A stretch of 63,015 nt of DNA, filler included, from Globobulimina sp. (GCA_003354225.1; 57 parts of 57 records of this genome joined end to end with filler, not necessarily neighbours in it); one strand, 5' to 3'; counted from the whole stretch's first letter, positions 38,194 through 52,299 are shown. Numbers and translations are program-made. Notes: a model not told the origin generated them from the letters alone.

Positions 38194-38666
38194 ATGTCAA
38201 CTCCTTGCTTCTTTTTGTCTGTTCTGATATTATTGCAATTCCATCGGAGTAATACTGATTGTGTCTATACCGTTTCTAAATTCTCATTTCTCGCCAGTCA
38301 CACGGAGCAATGTAATAGCTTCAATTGGGGTGCTATTTCTTCAATGAGTAAACATTGTGATAAACATCTTGGATGGATGTATTACAAACTATATTACGAC
38401 AAAGGTTGTCCAAGAGACGAAACAAAATATCACACACAAAACTCAAGCATAAGATGTTATATTGATGCAAATATTAATTGCAAATCTATCGAAATAATAA
38501 AACATGAAATGTTTTACGAAACAAACACAACAACAGAATGTTTGTATGATGACTGGGATGAATATTTTGGTGATCACTGGATATACGATTCGTGTTTATT
38601 CAATCCACACAGCACACAATATCCATATATTAAAGGTGAATATAATACGGGCCACTATGGATTGGC
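38194..38666 (+). CDS. Secreted Cys-rich protein, 3'-partial
   Basis: Signal peptide MSTPCFFLSVLILLQF; multiple Cys. Confidence 0.55.
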
Positions 38667-38766
38667 NNNNNNNNNNNNNNNNNNNNNNNNNNNNNNNNNN
38701 NNNNNNNNNNTTAATTAATTAANNNNNNNNNNNNNNNNNNNNNNNNNNNNNNNNNNNNNNNNNNNN

Positions 38767-39773
38767 GGAGAAATCCACGACTTACGAAAGGACAATCACG
38801 TCGACACGCGCAAATGCTTATTACGTGTACGAAATGTAATTAATTTATGTTTCATATCCATTCCAATCAGCTCCATAATCGACAAAAACGAGACTGAATC
38901 TGCCCAAAGCCACAGCAACTATAAAAACGGTTTGTTAATCGCACGCCAACACAGCAACGATGAATTCATTCGTTTAGGAATGTTTATTGAGTACGAAATG
39001 AATCATGGCTGGATCGAGATTCCTATCTCGGTCGAAATGCACACCAATTTATATGAACTAATCTCAACGCGCTATACCTCGCATCAACGCAAACCATTTG
39101 AGATTCCCATCACTTCCATCTCCGGCTATATTTTAGGCGGATATGGCAATATAATCTCAATGTGTTCCAATGATTTTGACTCTATTTATGTGTGGCGAAT
39201 AATTATCAATAAATATGAACATCAAAGCTGTTTAATTTCGCCGATCTCCATTGCGATTGGAAAGAGTCTGAGCAATCTCAAAAGCAAACCTATTTATTGT
39301 ATGTGCATCACCAAACATGCGTTGTTCGCATCGGATTTGCAGTGTATCCGCATAAGCCCGGCACCCTCGGTTCTGTGGAACGGACAGTTGGAGCTAAAAG
39401 TGCCCAAAATCTACAAACTATCCATCATTACGTCGCAGTTAGTGGCGGGCATCAATGATAAGAACAAGTTATTTATTTTCGGAGTGGATCGGAAAAATCA
39501 GAATTTCAAAGCGTTTTTCGTCACTGTTTCTACGCCGTTGCCGGTTGCGCATTGCACGAGTTTTCCGATTGGCAATGTACCGGAAAGCAATGTGGACGAC
39601 GAGAAAAAACAAGAGATGCAAATCAAAGACAAGGATAAGAACATGATGGGGTGGAATGCGGATAAATATTTGTTGTCGTTGAAAACACCAAATTATCCAC
39701 AGCTGTTTGTGGTGATTTTAGACTCGATGTTTGTGCAAAGCATATTGAGGTCAAAGGAGACAAAAAGAATGGT
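38767..39773 (+). CDS. Hypothetical protein, partial
   Basis: Long ORF with coding-like composition. Confidence 0.5.
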
Positions 39774-39873
39774 NNNNNNNNNNNNNNNNNNNNNNNNNNN
39801 NNNNNNNNNNNNNNNNNTTAATTAATTAANNNNNNNNNNNNNNNNNNNNNNNNNNNNNNNNNNNNNNNNNNNN

Positions 39874-40432
39874 AAATGGAAATATTAAGTGTTTCTGAAA
39901 TTGACTGCATCCAATATTGTAAACAATACTTATTTGGAATGTTATTATTATATAAATTATGATAAGAAAATCTTTGGATAAAGCCTGAACTATGATTATT
40001 GTACAAATTATTTATTAATTTTGGTGATTTCAGCCAAATATTGATAATATTTTGGTCATTTTGATGTTTCCATATTTGATGTAATACGCCAATTAATGAA
40101 TAAATATCCGACGATTCGATATTTAAAAATGTATCATTATCGCTACCAAAACAAAAAAACTCTCTTTTTTGTAATATGTCAATCATTATTTCAAAATTTT
40201 TATCTTTTTTTATTAATTGGTGATGATATTTGGAACATAATGATATTGATTGAACATATTCAATGGATGTTAAAAATTTAATTGTTAATTTTAAAAAAGA
40301 ATTAAATAATTTATGTGTCCGATGATTATTTATGTGCTCAGTATCTGTAATTAATGGCTTGTGATGTAATTTACGTCGCTTAATTGGCGGGAAGACACTA
40401 GTCGATTCCATGTAGTTGTAGTAGTTGTACAC
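39874..40432 (-). CDS. Hypothetical protein, possibly F-box-like N-terminus
   Basis: IKFLTSIEYVQSISLCSKYHHQLI; basic NLS-like motif. Confidence 0.35.
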
Positions 40433-40464
40433 ATTAGAAACAGAAAAAAACGTTTTTTATAAAA

Positions 40465-40880
40465 TCATTGCTGCATTTGAGTATAAGCAATTTGTGCAAT
40501 TTCTTTATTATTAAATGTTTTACATGCACTCAATAATGAAATCCACATTGCTTTGTTATCTTTGTTACCATTATGATATTCACAGTATTTAACAATGAGT
40601 TGATGCGCATCATTTATATGTCCTTTACGCGAATAGCAATCCACTAAAGCTGTAATAACAAATTGATCATATTTTAATTCATCACATAATATATGATTTT
40701 CCCATAAATCTTTTGCTTCCATCTCATTACCAGAATGACCGTAAGCATTAATCAATGTCTTTAATATTTGATTATCTGGCTTCAATTTTGTATTATTTCT
40801 CATTTCAATTAAAATTTCTTTTGCTTTTATATGATTTCCATTGCGTCCATGTGCTTTGATCAATGCATTCCAAATCTTTA
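40465..40880 (-). CDS. Pentatricopeptide-repeat protein C-terminus (PLS/E-like)
   Basis: IWNALIKAHGRNG, TLINAYGHSG, TALVDCYSRKG, MWISLLSACK. Confidence 0.9.
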
Positions 40881-41462
40881 NNNNNNNNNNNNNNNNNNNN
40901 NNNNNNNNNNNNNNNNNNNNNNNNTTAATTAATTAANNNNNNNNNNNNNNNNNNNNNNNNNNNNNNNNNNNNNNNNNNNNTTTCTGCATCCATGGATCCC
41001 GATGACCATATATGGATCCTGAGTGAAAAACCTTAAACTTCAACATTTATCTCTCTTGCTTTACATTATGGTGAAAGTAACAAACGCAACGCTTCCTACC
41101 AAGCGTCGCTTCACATTTCCTGGATTTACTAATTCGTGGCGTATTTTTACAAGCAAATCGTTGCCGCAATATAGCGATTAAACTTTTGTGAAAAATATGC
41201 AATTAAACGTTTTTTTTTACTTTTTTTCAGAATTGTGAAAAATATGCAATGATGAAAATGCATAGAAAAAAAAGTTGTATGAATGAAATGGAAAAAAAAA
41301 GTCATTATGGTATAGTTCAATTGCTGCAGAGTCACGAAATTCAAATTTTTTTGTCCTAGACAGATATTCGTCGCAATGCATGCGTTTTGAGAATGTGACG
41401 TAATTTTATCAAATCTGACGATTTTTTTTCAAATCTATTTTTTTTCAAATCTCAATTTCAGA

Positions 41463-41897
41463 ATGCCTTTCACTAAAAAAAATGCAACAGCTGCCATCAA
41501 AAAACGTTGGGACAATGCAAATGTCACCAAAGATGTTCGCAAAGAAGCATGCAGCATAGCACGCCATATGAAACATATTCAAAACTTAAATTATGATGAT
41601 TTTAAAAAAACATTTACTGGGGCTATAACAGTAAAGTCCCGTCAAAATTATCCAGATCCACCTTTTGCTGAATTTAATGCTGGAAAAGCAAGTTCGGTTA
41701 GTAGCTGGAACCAGACTCCGAGTTGGTGCCAAGGACAAACAGCAAGCCAAGCCAAGCAGGAAATTATGGAAACCTACGGCTCTCAAAAAAGATTGCTGAA
41801 AGCACAAAGAAAGAAAAAGATCTCAAGATTTGGGAAAGCTCGCATTTTTAAACATGTCAAGCAACCTCAGACTCAATCTAAGTTTCGCAGAGTTTAA
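41463..41897 (+). CDS. Basic hypothetical protein
   Basis: Complete 144-aa K/R-rich ORF; no recognised family. Confidence 0.45.
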   Translation: MPFTKKNATAAIKKRWDNANVTKDVRKEACSIARHMKHIQNLNYDDFKKTFTGAITVKSRQNYPDPPFAEFNAGKASSVSSWNQTPSWCQGQTASQAKQEIMETYGSQKRLLKAQRKKKISRFGKARIFKHVKQPQTQSKFRRV

Positions 41898-42213
41898 ATA
41901 AATTAATTAATTAACAATGTGGGCAACACAAAGAACCATAACTAGAACACGAACTATGTGCATGTCCGTGTTTTTTACAATGAAGCCNNNNNNNNNNNNN
42001 NNNNNNNNNNNNNNNNNNNNNNNNNNNNNNNTTAATTAATTAANNNNNNNNNNNNNNNNNNNNNNNNNNNNNNNNNNNNNNNNNNNNAGGCAATAGAGTG
42101 AGGACTATTTATTAATCCACGCTGCTGGCAAGCAATCCTCTTAGACATAAGTAGACTTTAAATGTAACGGTCTCAAAAAAAACTTAGTTAGCCATAGTCT
42201 AATAATAATAATA

Positions 42214-43094
42214 ATGTCAAGGTCATATATCGTTGACTTGTTAGATGAAGTTATCGAGTACGTAATTAATTGGAAACCAAATATTCCCAAAATGCCTACA
42301 ATTATCATCACCAAAAAACCTAAAAGTAAACGTACGGCAAACAACGATATCAAACATGATGAAGATGAAAAAAAAGTAGATACTGACACAAAAATAAAAA
42401 AAATCAATAGATTTTCACCAATGATGTGTAGAGTAAATTTTGTATGTTCAACAAAAAAAGCTAAACAAGAAATATATTCTGCATTACAAACATTTGTTGA
42501 TCTACAAATTAATACACCTCATTCACAAACAATTATGTATCATTTTACCGCACCAAATAAAGCTGGAAATGATTTAGAATTAGAATTTAATGAATTATAT
42601 TTAAATCAAACCATATATTTTGAACATGGCAATCACCCATCGTTTGGTAAAGCGTTTTTGAATGCATTTAAAGACGAAAACAGAAAATCACGCTGTTTTA
42701 TAACAATTGGTCAAAATCTATCAAATTTAATTAAAAAAATTAATGCTTCCTTCGACTCAACATTCCCACAAAGCGATGCTGGCTATTTGTTGCATGAAAA
42801 TTATTTAAAAGTATTGGACCGTGCGGATAACACAAAAATGATGGTTAAATTTAAAATAATATCACCAAAAAAAGAAAATATTGCAGTGATTATTGCGATG
42901 ATGAATAAATTATCAGTTTATGCAAAACAATCATTTGCTGTCATGTTTAATTTGCATCGAATGGATGAAAAACTATATCCTGATAAATTTGAATTAATTT
43001 CGATATGGCCAAATAATCAATGTTTAATGCGGTTTTTTGAGAATTGCAGTGTTAATGATATTTTATCTGAATTTAAAAAGATGATTATTAACGA
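42214..43094 (+). CDS. Hypothetical protein, possibly tandem ABM-like alpha/beta barrels, 3'-partial
   Basis: FNELY...FEHGNHPSF and FELISIWPN patterns. Confidence 0.4.
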
Positions 43095-43511
43095 NNNNNN
43101 NNNNNNNNNNNNNNNNNNNNNNNNNNNNNNNNNNNNNNTTAATTAATTAANNNNNNNNNNNNNNNNNNNNNNNNNNNNNNNNNNNNNNNNNNNNTAATTA
43201 AAAATAACGTTTTTCTATAATTATGTCGTCTGATATCTTCATAACGTTTTTATAAATTACTCCTTGCACAACTAGTTCTTATATAAAAACAAACAACATT
43301 AATCAAAAAGAGTTTGACAGTTTTTGAAAATTAATTTTAAGTAATACCAAATAAATTGGAATATAAAATAAAAACAATTCTAATCCTAACACAACATTCA
43401 AATATATAAAATGAATAATTATGTTAATTTAATGATTTTAAAACATTAAATTGCGGATTGAATCAACTTTAGGGGCAGAACAACCGTTACTAAATATTAT
43501 TTAATTTAATT

Positions 43512-44177
<666 letters not shown>

Positions 44178-44301
44178 CTATATCTGAATTCAATATTTTT
44201 TNNNNNNNNNNNNNNNNNNNNNNNNNNNNNNNNNNNNNNNNNNNNTTAATTAATTAANNNNNNNNNNNNNNNNNNNNNNNNNNNNNNNNNNNNNNNNNNN
44301 N

Positions 44302-45232
44302 CCATCCATAATTTCATCAAGAGTTTGAAAGAACCAGGATTCTTTTAATACGGTTATGTCATGTTTACTTGCTGCTGGGTCAATATTAAATGCACAAATT
44401 GTTCCAAATACTCTTTCCATAGCATTGTTTTTCATGAGCATATCATACAATAATAACAACAATAGTTCCCACAAAAAATGCTGATGTTTTCGCAATGCTT
44501 GTTTCAAATGTGCGTTGTTACTTAAATGCTGACTGTACTGCTGCTGTATTTTGTTATATATTTCTTGCACTTTTCGATCATGTTTGAATACTTCTGACAA
44601 ATGATAGGAATGCAATAATAAATAGGATTCTTTACCCCAGAATATTTGCACACAGCCCGCCTGTTCAAGATCACGATAACTGCAGCCAAATCTATCCAAT
44701 ATCGTGGACAATATTGCATGTATTTTGCGGTTACACAACAGCTTATATTTATTCTCATCTCGCCATATCCACGTTTGGAACTTAAACGATTCATCACTGA
44801 TGGTACCTGCATTTATGTTCAGTCCATATTGCACAAAATTATGGATTTCTGTTTCGAAAAATAAAGCAATCACGGTATAAAATGCTGAGAATTTGGGATG
44901 CTCATCTATTAAATACAGAAACGTTTGTGGTTCTTCAAACTGGATTTGAAATTCGTTTGGTGCATCGCTATTTCCGTAATGGTGGCTTCCATGCGTAGAT
45001 ATGTGTACGATGGGATGCTGTTTGGTCAACACATGTTTGAATTGTTTTATAGTTAATGCACTTCGAACCACTGAAAAATCTGATTCTTCAATGCTTCGTT
45101 CTTCTTCACTGAAACCAAACTGTGAATCAAACTGAATCCCGAGCAATCCAACACGAAAACTAACCAAACGCTTTTCCAGTTCCAATGCATCTTCCACTGT
45201 GGAAATTTTGGTTTTTGCCTCGTCCAAATGAT
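44302..45232 (-). CDS. Hypothetical protein with CHAT-like His motif, partial
   Basis: HPIVHISTHG preceded by EERSIE; no catalytic Cys motif seen. Confidence 0.4.
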
Positions 45233-45505
45233 CCTGTGCAAAAATAAAATAAAATACACAAAAATATTGATGGGGGGGGGGGGAAAAAAAAAGGAAAAAA
45301 AACTATTANNNNNNNNNNNNNNNNNNNNNNNNNNNNNNNNNNNNNNNNNNNNTTAATTAATTAANNNNNNNNNNNNNNNNNNNNNNNNNNNNNNNNNNNN
45401 NNNNNNNNTAAGAGAATAGAGAAATACAGAACAATCCTGACTGCACACAATAGGTATGATAGGGTAAGGTAATGGTCAAGTAAGTCCTAAAAATTTCATT
45501 TTCAG

Positions 45506-46415
45506 TGCAAAATTTGATGCATATTTCATTTATGAATATGCTGCTCTAACTGGAAGGAGGCCAAAGCTTCAATTCAGAGCAAACGATCTTTTATCATTCA
45601 AATGGCAGAGAGTTCAATTGAAGGATTCGCTTCAATTCATGAAGTGTTCATTGGCCAAATTACCATCACTTTTGGGTTTGAATGATGTTCAAAAAGGTTT
45701 CTTTGCATGGAGGCTTGCAGATCGAGAAACAAACTTGGACTATCGGGGCAAAATCCCATCAAAGTATGACTTTGGTTTTGACAAAATGCTCAAAGAACAG
45801 CAAGAAGAATTTCTACAATGGTATACCCCTCGAGAATCGGACCCCGAATACATCTACAACATGAAAGCTGAAGCCATAAAATATTGCAAGTAAGTTTACT
45901 AAAAAAAAAAAAGATTGTTCAATTCAAAATATAATTGTCTTTTTCTAGCATGGATGTAAAAATATTGGAAGCAGCATGGAAACTGTTTCGCACCAGCTGT
46001 CTCAAACTAACTGAAGGACGAGTTGATCCATTGCTTGGTCAGTACTTCACATTGGCCAGTTTCTCAGCATCGATATACAAGAGCCTATTCATGCACTATC
46101 CTATAGGGATTGTGCCACATGGAGGATATCGGAATCCCAGAAGAACGGGTCAATCATGGCAAGGATCGGCATATTTGGACTTTCTAAACCATCAAAGGGA
46201 GATTGAAGGAAAGTTGCCTTTGGTATGCGCCAACAACTCACCAGCTGAGGCAAAAATTGGTCCATACAAAGTTGATGGATTATGTCAAGAAACTGGCGAT
46301 GTCTATGAGATATTAGGATGTTATTGGCATGGACATACATCTAAACCGACCGATTGTCAATGGAAAATGAGAAGACAGAAACATCCAACCAGGAAACCTC
46401 TAACTTTTGAAGATG
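45506..46415 (+). mobile_element. Polinton/Maverick-type protein-primed family B DNA polymerase, spliced, partial
   Basis: AKFDAYFI (ExoII), KDSLQFMKCSLAKLP, KGFF, YCNMDVKIL (ExoIII, restored by removing intron 45890-45948), TLAS, VDG..VYEILGCYWHG. Confidence 0.88.
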
Positions 46416-46515
46416 NNNNNNNNNNNNNNNNNNNNNNNNNNNNNNNNNNNNNNNNNNNNTTAATTAATTAANNNNNNNNNNNNNNNNNNNNNNNNNNNNN
46501 NNNNNNNNNNNNNNN

Positions 46516-47522
46516 CCAGCACCAATGAGTATGAACCCAAGTATGAATCGTCCCCAACAGTCAAATATCGCACACAATCAGCAACAAAACCAAATGAATC
46601 CAACGCCAATGAATATGAATATGAACGCACAACAACAGGCATTTCCGATGTATCCACCATACCCAATGAACACATCCCCGATGATGTACAATCAAAACTA
46701 TCCAATGCAGCCATCATACACATCTCCATTTAATCAGAACCCTCAGTTCCAGCCATATTTTGGTGCACAAACAATGCGATCACAACAAATGAGATCACCA
46801 TTCCAACAACAAAGCAATATGAGCCACACTCAGCCATTGCCGCAACAATTTCATTTTAACTCAAACCATCAACAAACACAAATGCTACCAATTGCAAACC
46901 AAGAAGAGGAAGAAAAAAAAGTAATAAATCAACATGATAATATTATGGATGACAATGATAACAAACCCAAAAAAGCACGATTGGAATATTCAAAAATGTC
47001 TTTAACAGCACCAAAACAACCCTGGTCATTACACGGCAAACAGATAATTGACGCAAACAACCAATTAAATGACGAAAATAAAATATTTGGTGATGTACAA
47101 AGTGTATACAACGAAATGACACAAAATAATTCCGTTCAGATTGACGGCAATACACAGAAACAAAATTGTCGCTTATTTCTGCAATACAAAGCAAAGAAAA
47201 ACAAATCTGATGATGAGGAAAAAGAAAAAAAGAATAAATTGCAGCCATTATTAGTTTACGAACATAACATTCGGCCACATTATGAACCATTTAACGAATA
47301 TAAACAATACAAATTGTTAAGATTACCACCGATATCATCGTATCCGCGCAATCCACCCATCACTGTCACATTACATATTTATTCTGTCCAATTTAAGGAT
47401 TTATCGCATTTTACGATTGAGGATTATCTGACGCAACAAATCATATTCGATCACAAAATATATACAAAATACTTACTTGATCACAAATCATTTACTAAAA
47501 ACATCACATTGTTAAAAACCAG
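46516..47522 (+). CDS. Q/N/P-rich hypothetical protein, partial
   Basis: Open across the contig. Confidence 0.55.
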
Positions 47523-47709
47523 NNNNNNNNNNNNNNNNNNNNNNNNNNNNNNNNNNNNNNNNNNNNTTAATTAATTAANNNNNNNNNNNNNNNNNNNNNN
47601 NNNNNNNNNNNNNNNNNNNNNNTGAGGAGCATATCTTTAAAATGATAACTGGTATTTTTTGCATATTTCGAAACTATTAATGCACCACCAAGAAAAATAG
47701 TGCTGTGCA

Positions 47710-48370
47710 TCAATGCTGATTTTGTCGCCAACATGGAAGATGTGCTCGAAGTCTACAAGCGTCCATATGACCCGAAATATCCTGTTGTTTGTATGGATGA
47801 ACAGCCAACTCAACTCATTAAAGAAACACGGCAAAAAATAGAAGCCAGGCCAGGAAAATTTGAGTGCTTTGACTATGAGTATGAGCGTAATGGGACCGCC
47901 ACCGTATTCATGTTTGCAGAACCTTTGGCTGGCAAGCGCGTCGTGAATGTACGCAGGCAAAGGACGGCTATTGACTGGGCGCAGGAAGTCAAAGAAATAG
48001 TGGATAATAAATATGCTGAAGCTGAAAAAGTTATTTTGGTTTGTGATAATTTGAATACACATAAACCGGCTTCTTTTTATAAAGCATTTCCACCGGAAGA
48101 AGCACGGCGGCTCGTAAACCGCCTGGAAATTCATTACACGCCCAAACATGGTAGCTGGCTCAATATTGCTGAAATTGAACTTAGTGCATTGACCAGACAA
48201 TGCCTAAAACAGAGAATTCCTGATTTTGAAACATTGAATAGACAAATCAATGCATGGACCAAAAAACGAAATAGTATTTCAAAAACAGTCGAATGGCATT
48301 TCTCAACAAAGGATGCCAGAATAAAACTGAAAAGACTTTACCCACAAATTAAAACTTGAAGAACCACTAG
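47710..48370 (+). mobile_element. Bacterial IS630-family transposase (DDE half) with probable right end ...CACTAG
   Basis: FVANMEDVLEVY, VCMDE, LVCDNLNTH, HYTPKHGSWLNIAEIE, DARIKLKRLYP. Confidence 0.95.
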
Positions 48371-48629
48371 TCTACGATTGGCCCCAAATTATCACCCCTT
48401 GCAATTTTTAACATTTTCGTCTTTGCGGCATTAAATCTAGCTTTGAGAAAATCAATTAGCTCAAGAATGCCATTAATTATCTCAAGAAGTGCTATAGCCT
48501 CGGAATCAATAATATTGAATATCCACCTTTGATTATCATCAAGCTCCGTATTTCCGGCAAGCTCGGACATTCCAATAATTCCGTTAAGTGGCGTTCTTAT
48601 TTCATGACTCATATTGGCAAGAAACTCGC
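48367..48629 (-). pseudogene. Bacterial hybrid histidine kinase HisKA fragment, disrupted next to IS630
   Basis: [20 protein letters not shown]; the expected DFSK motif is out of frame and no ATPase domain follows. Confidence 0.8.
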
Positions 48630-48729
48630 NNNNNNNNNNNNNNNNNNNNNNNNNNNNNNNNNNNNNNNNNNNNTTAATTAATTAANNNNNNNNNNNNNNN
48701 NNNNNNNNNNNNNNNNNNNNNNNNNNNNN

Positions 48730-49419
48730 TGTAATGTGATGCAATTGTTGTGTGATGAATTTACTATCCCGTCCCAATTCAATCGAATAACTCAATGTAT
48801 CGTCATATTGCTTGCTGTTTTGTTGCTGAACGGCATTTCCAATCATTCGCTCAATATCTTTGTCATTATTTGCTGTGTTAATTAATTTTAAATCGTTGAG
48901 AAAATTGCGTCGTAATCGATATGCAAACACAGTGCCAATACCAACACTACAAATCATCCATATAATAGCCCAGGAATATGATATCCGTTTAATTCTTTCT
49001 CTGTATTCACCATCAATTTGATGGTAATCCCTCATCGATTGTTGTAATGCTAAAAAATTAAAATGTTCCGTCTGTTTATGATTTCTGAGCTCATTTTGCA
49101 TGCTTTCAATTTGTTTAATTAATGCAATTTCTTTTGCAACCTTTTCCATATAGTTTGGATCTGTTTTTTTCAAATCGCGGAGTGTATCGACGATTGCTCT
49201 GTATTCGTTTTCTTTTTCTTGTATCTCATGTTGCAGAGTATAAGCATTCTCGCGAAGTATTCTCATTGCATTCTCATGTTCATTCATTAAATTTCTTGCA
49301 TTTTCTAATTTTGATCCCATCATCCAAGCATATGACTGGCCCACTAATGGATATTTAGAGCCATACTTTGTGATCTGTTTAGTGATTATTGTTGATAATC
49401 TGCTTATTTCCGTCGACAT
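48730..49419 (-). CDS. CCDC51/She9-like mitochondrial coiled-coil plus TM protein, 3'-partial
   Basis: Coiled coil, DPNYME, RDYHQ..YRERIK then a TM helix. Confidence 0.55.
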
Positions 49420-50239
49420 TGAGACATGAAATCTCGTGCCAAACTGCTTTGTTTAATTTGATCATGGCAACTATACAGCTAATTAAAAAAAAAAAGCACA
49501 GCAATCACAAAATAACACAACAAGAATTGTTTCAGTGAATATATTACAAAAACGATATTTCCGATAATAAATATTGCCGTGGCAATAACTGATAAAATGA
49601 TGGCCAAACAAATCCAAATATAAATAGTAATGGAATAACTTAATCGTTCACCAATATTCAACGGACTCACTGCAAATGTTCCCATTCCATTATACCCAAA
49701 ATCAACAACCATGATATCAATCGATAAACAAATTATNNNNNNNNNNNNNNNNNNNNNNNNNNNNNNNNNNNNNNNNNNNNTTAATTAATTAANNNNNNNN
49801 NNNNNNNNNNNNNNNNNNNNNNNNNNNNNNNNNNNNTTCGGTGTTGCGTTAAAAAGAAAACAAGGATCAAATAAAAAAGAAGAGTGGTTAATAATTTGAA
49901 TATGATCATGATATATGAAGATTGGTAATCAAAGAAGATTGGTAATCAAATAAAAAAGAATATGATCATGATATATGATGATGATATATGATCATAATAT
50001 AATACAGTCATACAGTCATACATAGTCGAATATAAACAACTCGAGTAACTAAGTCACTAACTAAGTAGTCAAATGTATATAAACGAAGTACTATATAAAC
50101 TGTCACTTAGTAACACTTTTTGACCAAAATTTCTATGTACGGATATATGTAGTCATGTGATCATATATAGATATGATCAAATTTCTATGTACGGATATAT
50201 GTGATCATATATATATATATATGATCAAAATTTCTATGT

Positions 50240-50550
50240 ACAGATATACGTTGTGTTTTTGGTTCTGCTTTGTAGCTAATTGTGTTTCTGAGATCTTTTG
50301 TTGCCAGAATTAATGCATCATAATGATGTGTAGCTTTTGCTGAGTTGTCAAAATATTCCATTCCAAATCCACCGCTTGAATTATTGATTGAAAATACCTT
50401 TGCATCGGCAACACAAGCCAGTACAGACAGAATTATAACTGAACATATGATTTTGCACGGATGTCGTATGATAAACTCAGCGCATTTTAAATGTTCCGTG
50501 TCTCTCAATTCTATCTCCTCCTGTAATTGTCCATTTTTTTCTTCTGCCAT
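50240..50550 (-). CDS. Patched/Dispatched-like membrane protein, first exon
   Basis: FIIRHPCKII followed by a TM helix; GT donor into an AT-repeat intron. Confidence 0.35.
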
Positions 50551-50943
50551 TCTGTAATGTTTTTTTTTATCAGCAGCAGTAAATCTATTTATAGCTGCTA
50601 TTTATACATAATTCCTTTTATTTTGTGATTATGACATAATTCCTTTTGCTTTGTTGCTGCATTGGTTATTATTATTCCATATCCGAAACAATCATCAGCT
50701 CCGATTCCCAATGGAACCAAAAAACTTGATTCCAAACACAATTCGAAACAAAAAATAAGTCAATGGGAATCCAAACCACCTTAGGATAACTCGGACATAA
50801 CTTGCGTGTAAAACACATTCCCCTTAGGATAACTCGGGCGACTNNNNNNNNNNNNNNNNNNNNNNNNNNNNNNNNNNNNNNNNNNNNTTAATTAATTAAN
50901 NNNNNNNNNNNNNNNNNNNNNNNNNNNNNNNNNNNNNNNNNNN

Positions 50944-51710
50944 ATGAGATACAGTTCGACATTGATTCCACTGCACCATTACAATTAGGTTTCTATTATG
51001 CAGACATGAACCAAATCACATCCTGCTACGACAGTAATTCGTGCTCAGTAGAAAATGTTGAAAATGATGTGTATATGTTAAGTGTCAGTGGTAGAGGATA
51101 TAGGCGGATTCAAATCGAATGTGATCAAGTGGCAGAAGACATTTCTTGGATCATCGGAATTGTGCTGATTGTGGTGATTTTGCTGATTGTAATCTGTTGT
51201 TGTTGTTTGGCTGTATATTGTTGTTGTTTGTTGTTTGGTTGTTGTTTGTGCTGTACTTCGTCATCGACACCCAATGCACAAACCGATGGTGTACTGGCAA
51301 ATCAAGCAGTATCTGCTCCGGTATCTGCTCCATATTCTCCACAACAGATAGCACAATTATACAGTGGCGACAACATGAACAGTATACCCAACCCACAAGT
51401 ATGTCCTCCATACAATATAGTTCCAATGAATCAAGCTACATTTAATGCAGTTCCATCTGTTGTTGGTGTTGCATTTCCAGTGCCGTCTGCACCATCTTTT
51501 TCAAAATTGGATACTGATACAAACGGTGTCAAAGAGTTACAACAAACCATCTATGTCCCAAATAATCAACCACAAGTACCGTCTGCTGCATTTACACAAT
51601 ATGCTGAAGATGATCAACCACCGAGTGCACCACCACCACCATACTCAACACTGGGTTATTCAGCAAATAATCAACAACCATCACCTAATTATGCTACTGA
51701 AGGCTTATAA
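50944..51710 (+). CDS. Single-pass membrane protein with Cys-rich juxtamembrane region and PPPY tail, 5'-partial
   Basis: TM, CCCC clusters, APPPPYS. Confidence 0.75.
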
Positions 51711-52050
51711 TGATGAATGTGGAAGGCCAATATATATATTTTTTAACGTTTAACTTCGTATATGCTGTAAGTCAGTAACAATTTTCGTCACTTTACTTTT
51801 TTTTTTCTGTTAATTGAAACATGGAGTTCATACATTTTGTATGCCTACAATAAACGTGCAAATCCGTGTAAAATTGTATACCAAACACTGCAGTCACAAC
51901 TATTGAGCTAATTTTCATTTAACTTTTTTGGCTTAACGATATATTCCAAANNNNNNNNNNNNNNNNNNNNNNNNNNNNNNNNNNNNNNNNNNNNTTAATT
52001 AATTAANNNNNNNNNNNNNNNNNNNNNNNNNNNNNNNNNNNNNNNNNNNN

Positions 52051-52160
52051 TTCCGCACTTGTAAAAACTGTTCCGCAAAATCACGACTTTGCACTTTGAC
52101 TTTTCCGCAATGATTGTTCCATAAAACATAGCAAAAACTCCGCAACTATGTTCCGCAAAA
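52051..52160. repeat. Clustered TTCCGCAA motifs (~5 copies)
   Basis: Direct inspection. Confidence 0.6.
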
Positions 52161-52299
52161 ATAGTGCCTGATCCCACGATTTGTGCTTATTCTGTAAACA
52201 ATACCAAAAAAGCTGTGGCGAGTAAAAACAGTTCCCCATTGATGTTAACCTCCGAATATGCGCGATTGAAAGAATACTTTAGCCACAAAACACGTAGTC

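Noticed and set aside
49900-50240. TATGATCAT/ATAT repeats and short TACGACGTCC (18630-18700) and CCTTAGGATAACTCGG (50779-50837) repeats as functional arrays
   Set aside because: Short, low-copy or low-complexity, with no associated genes or further structure
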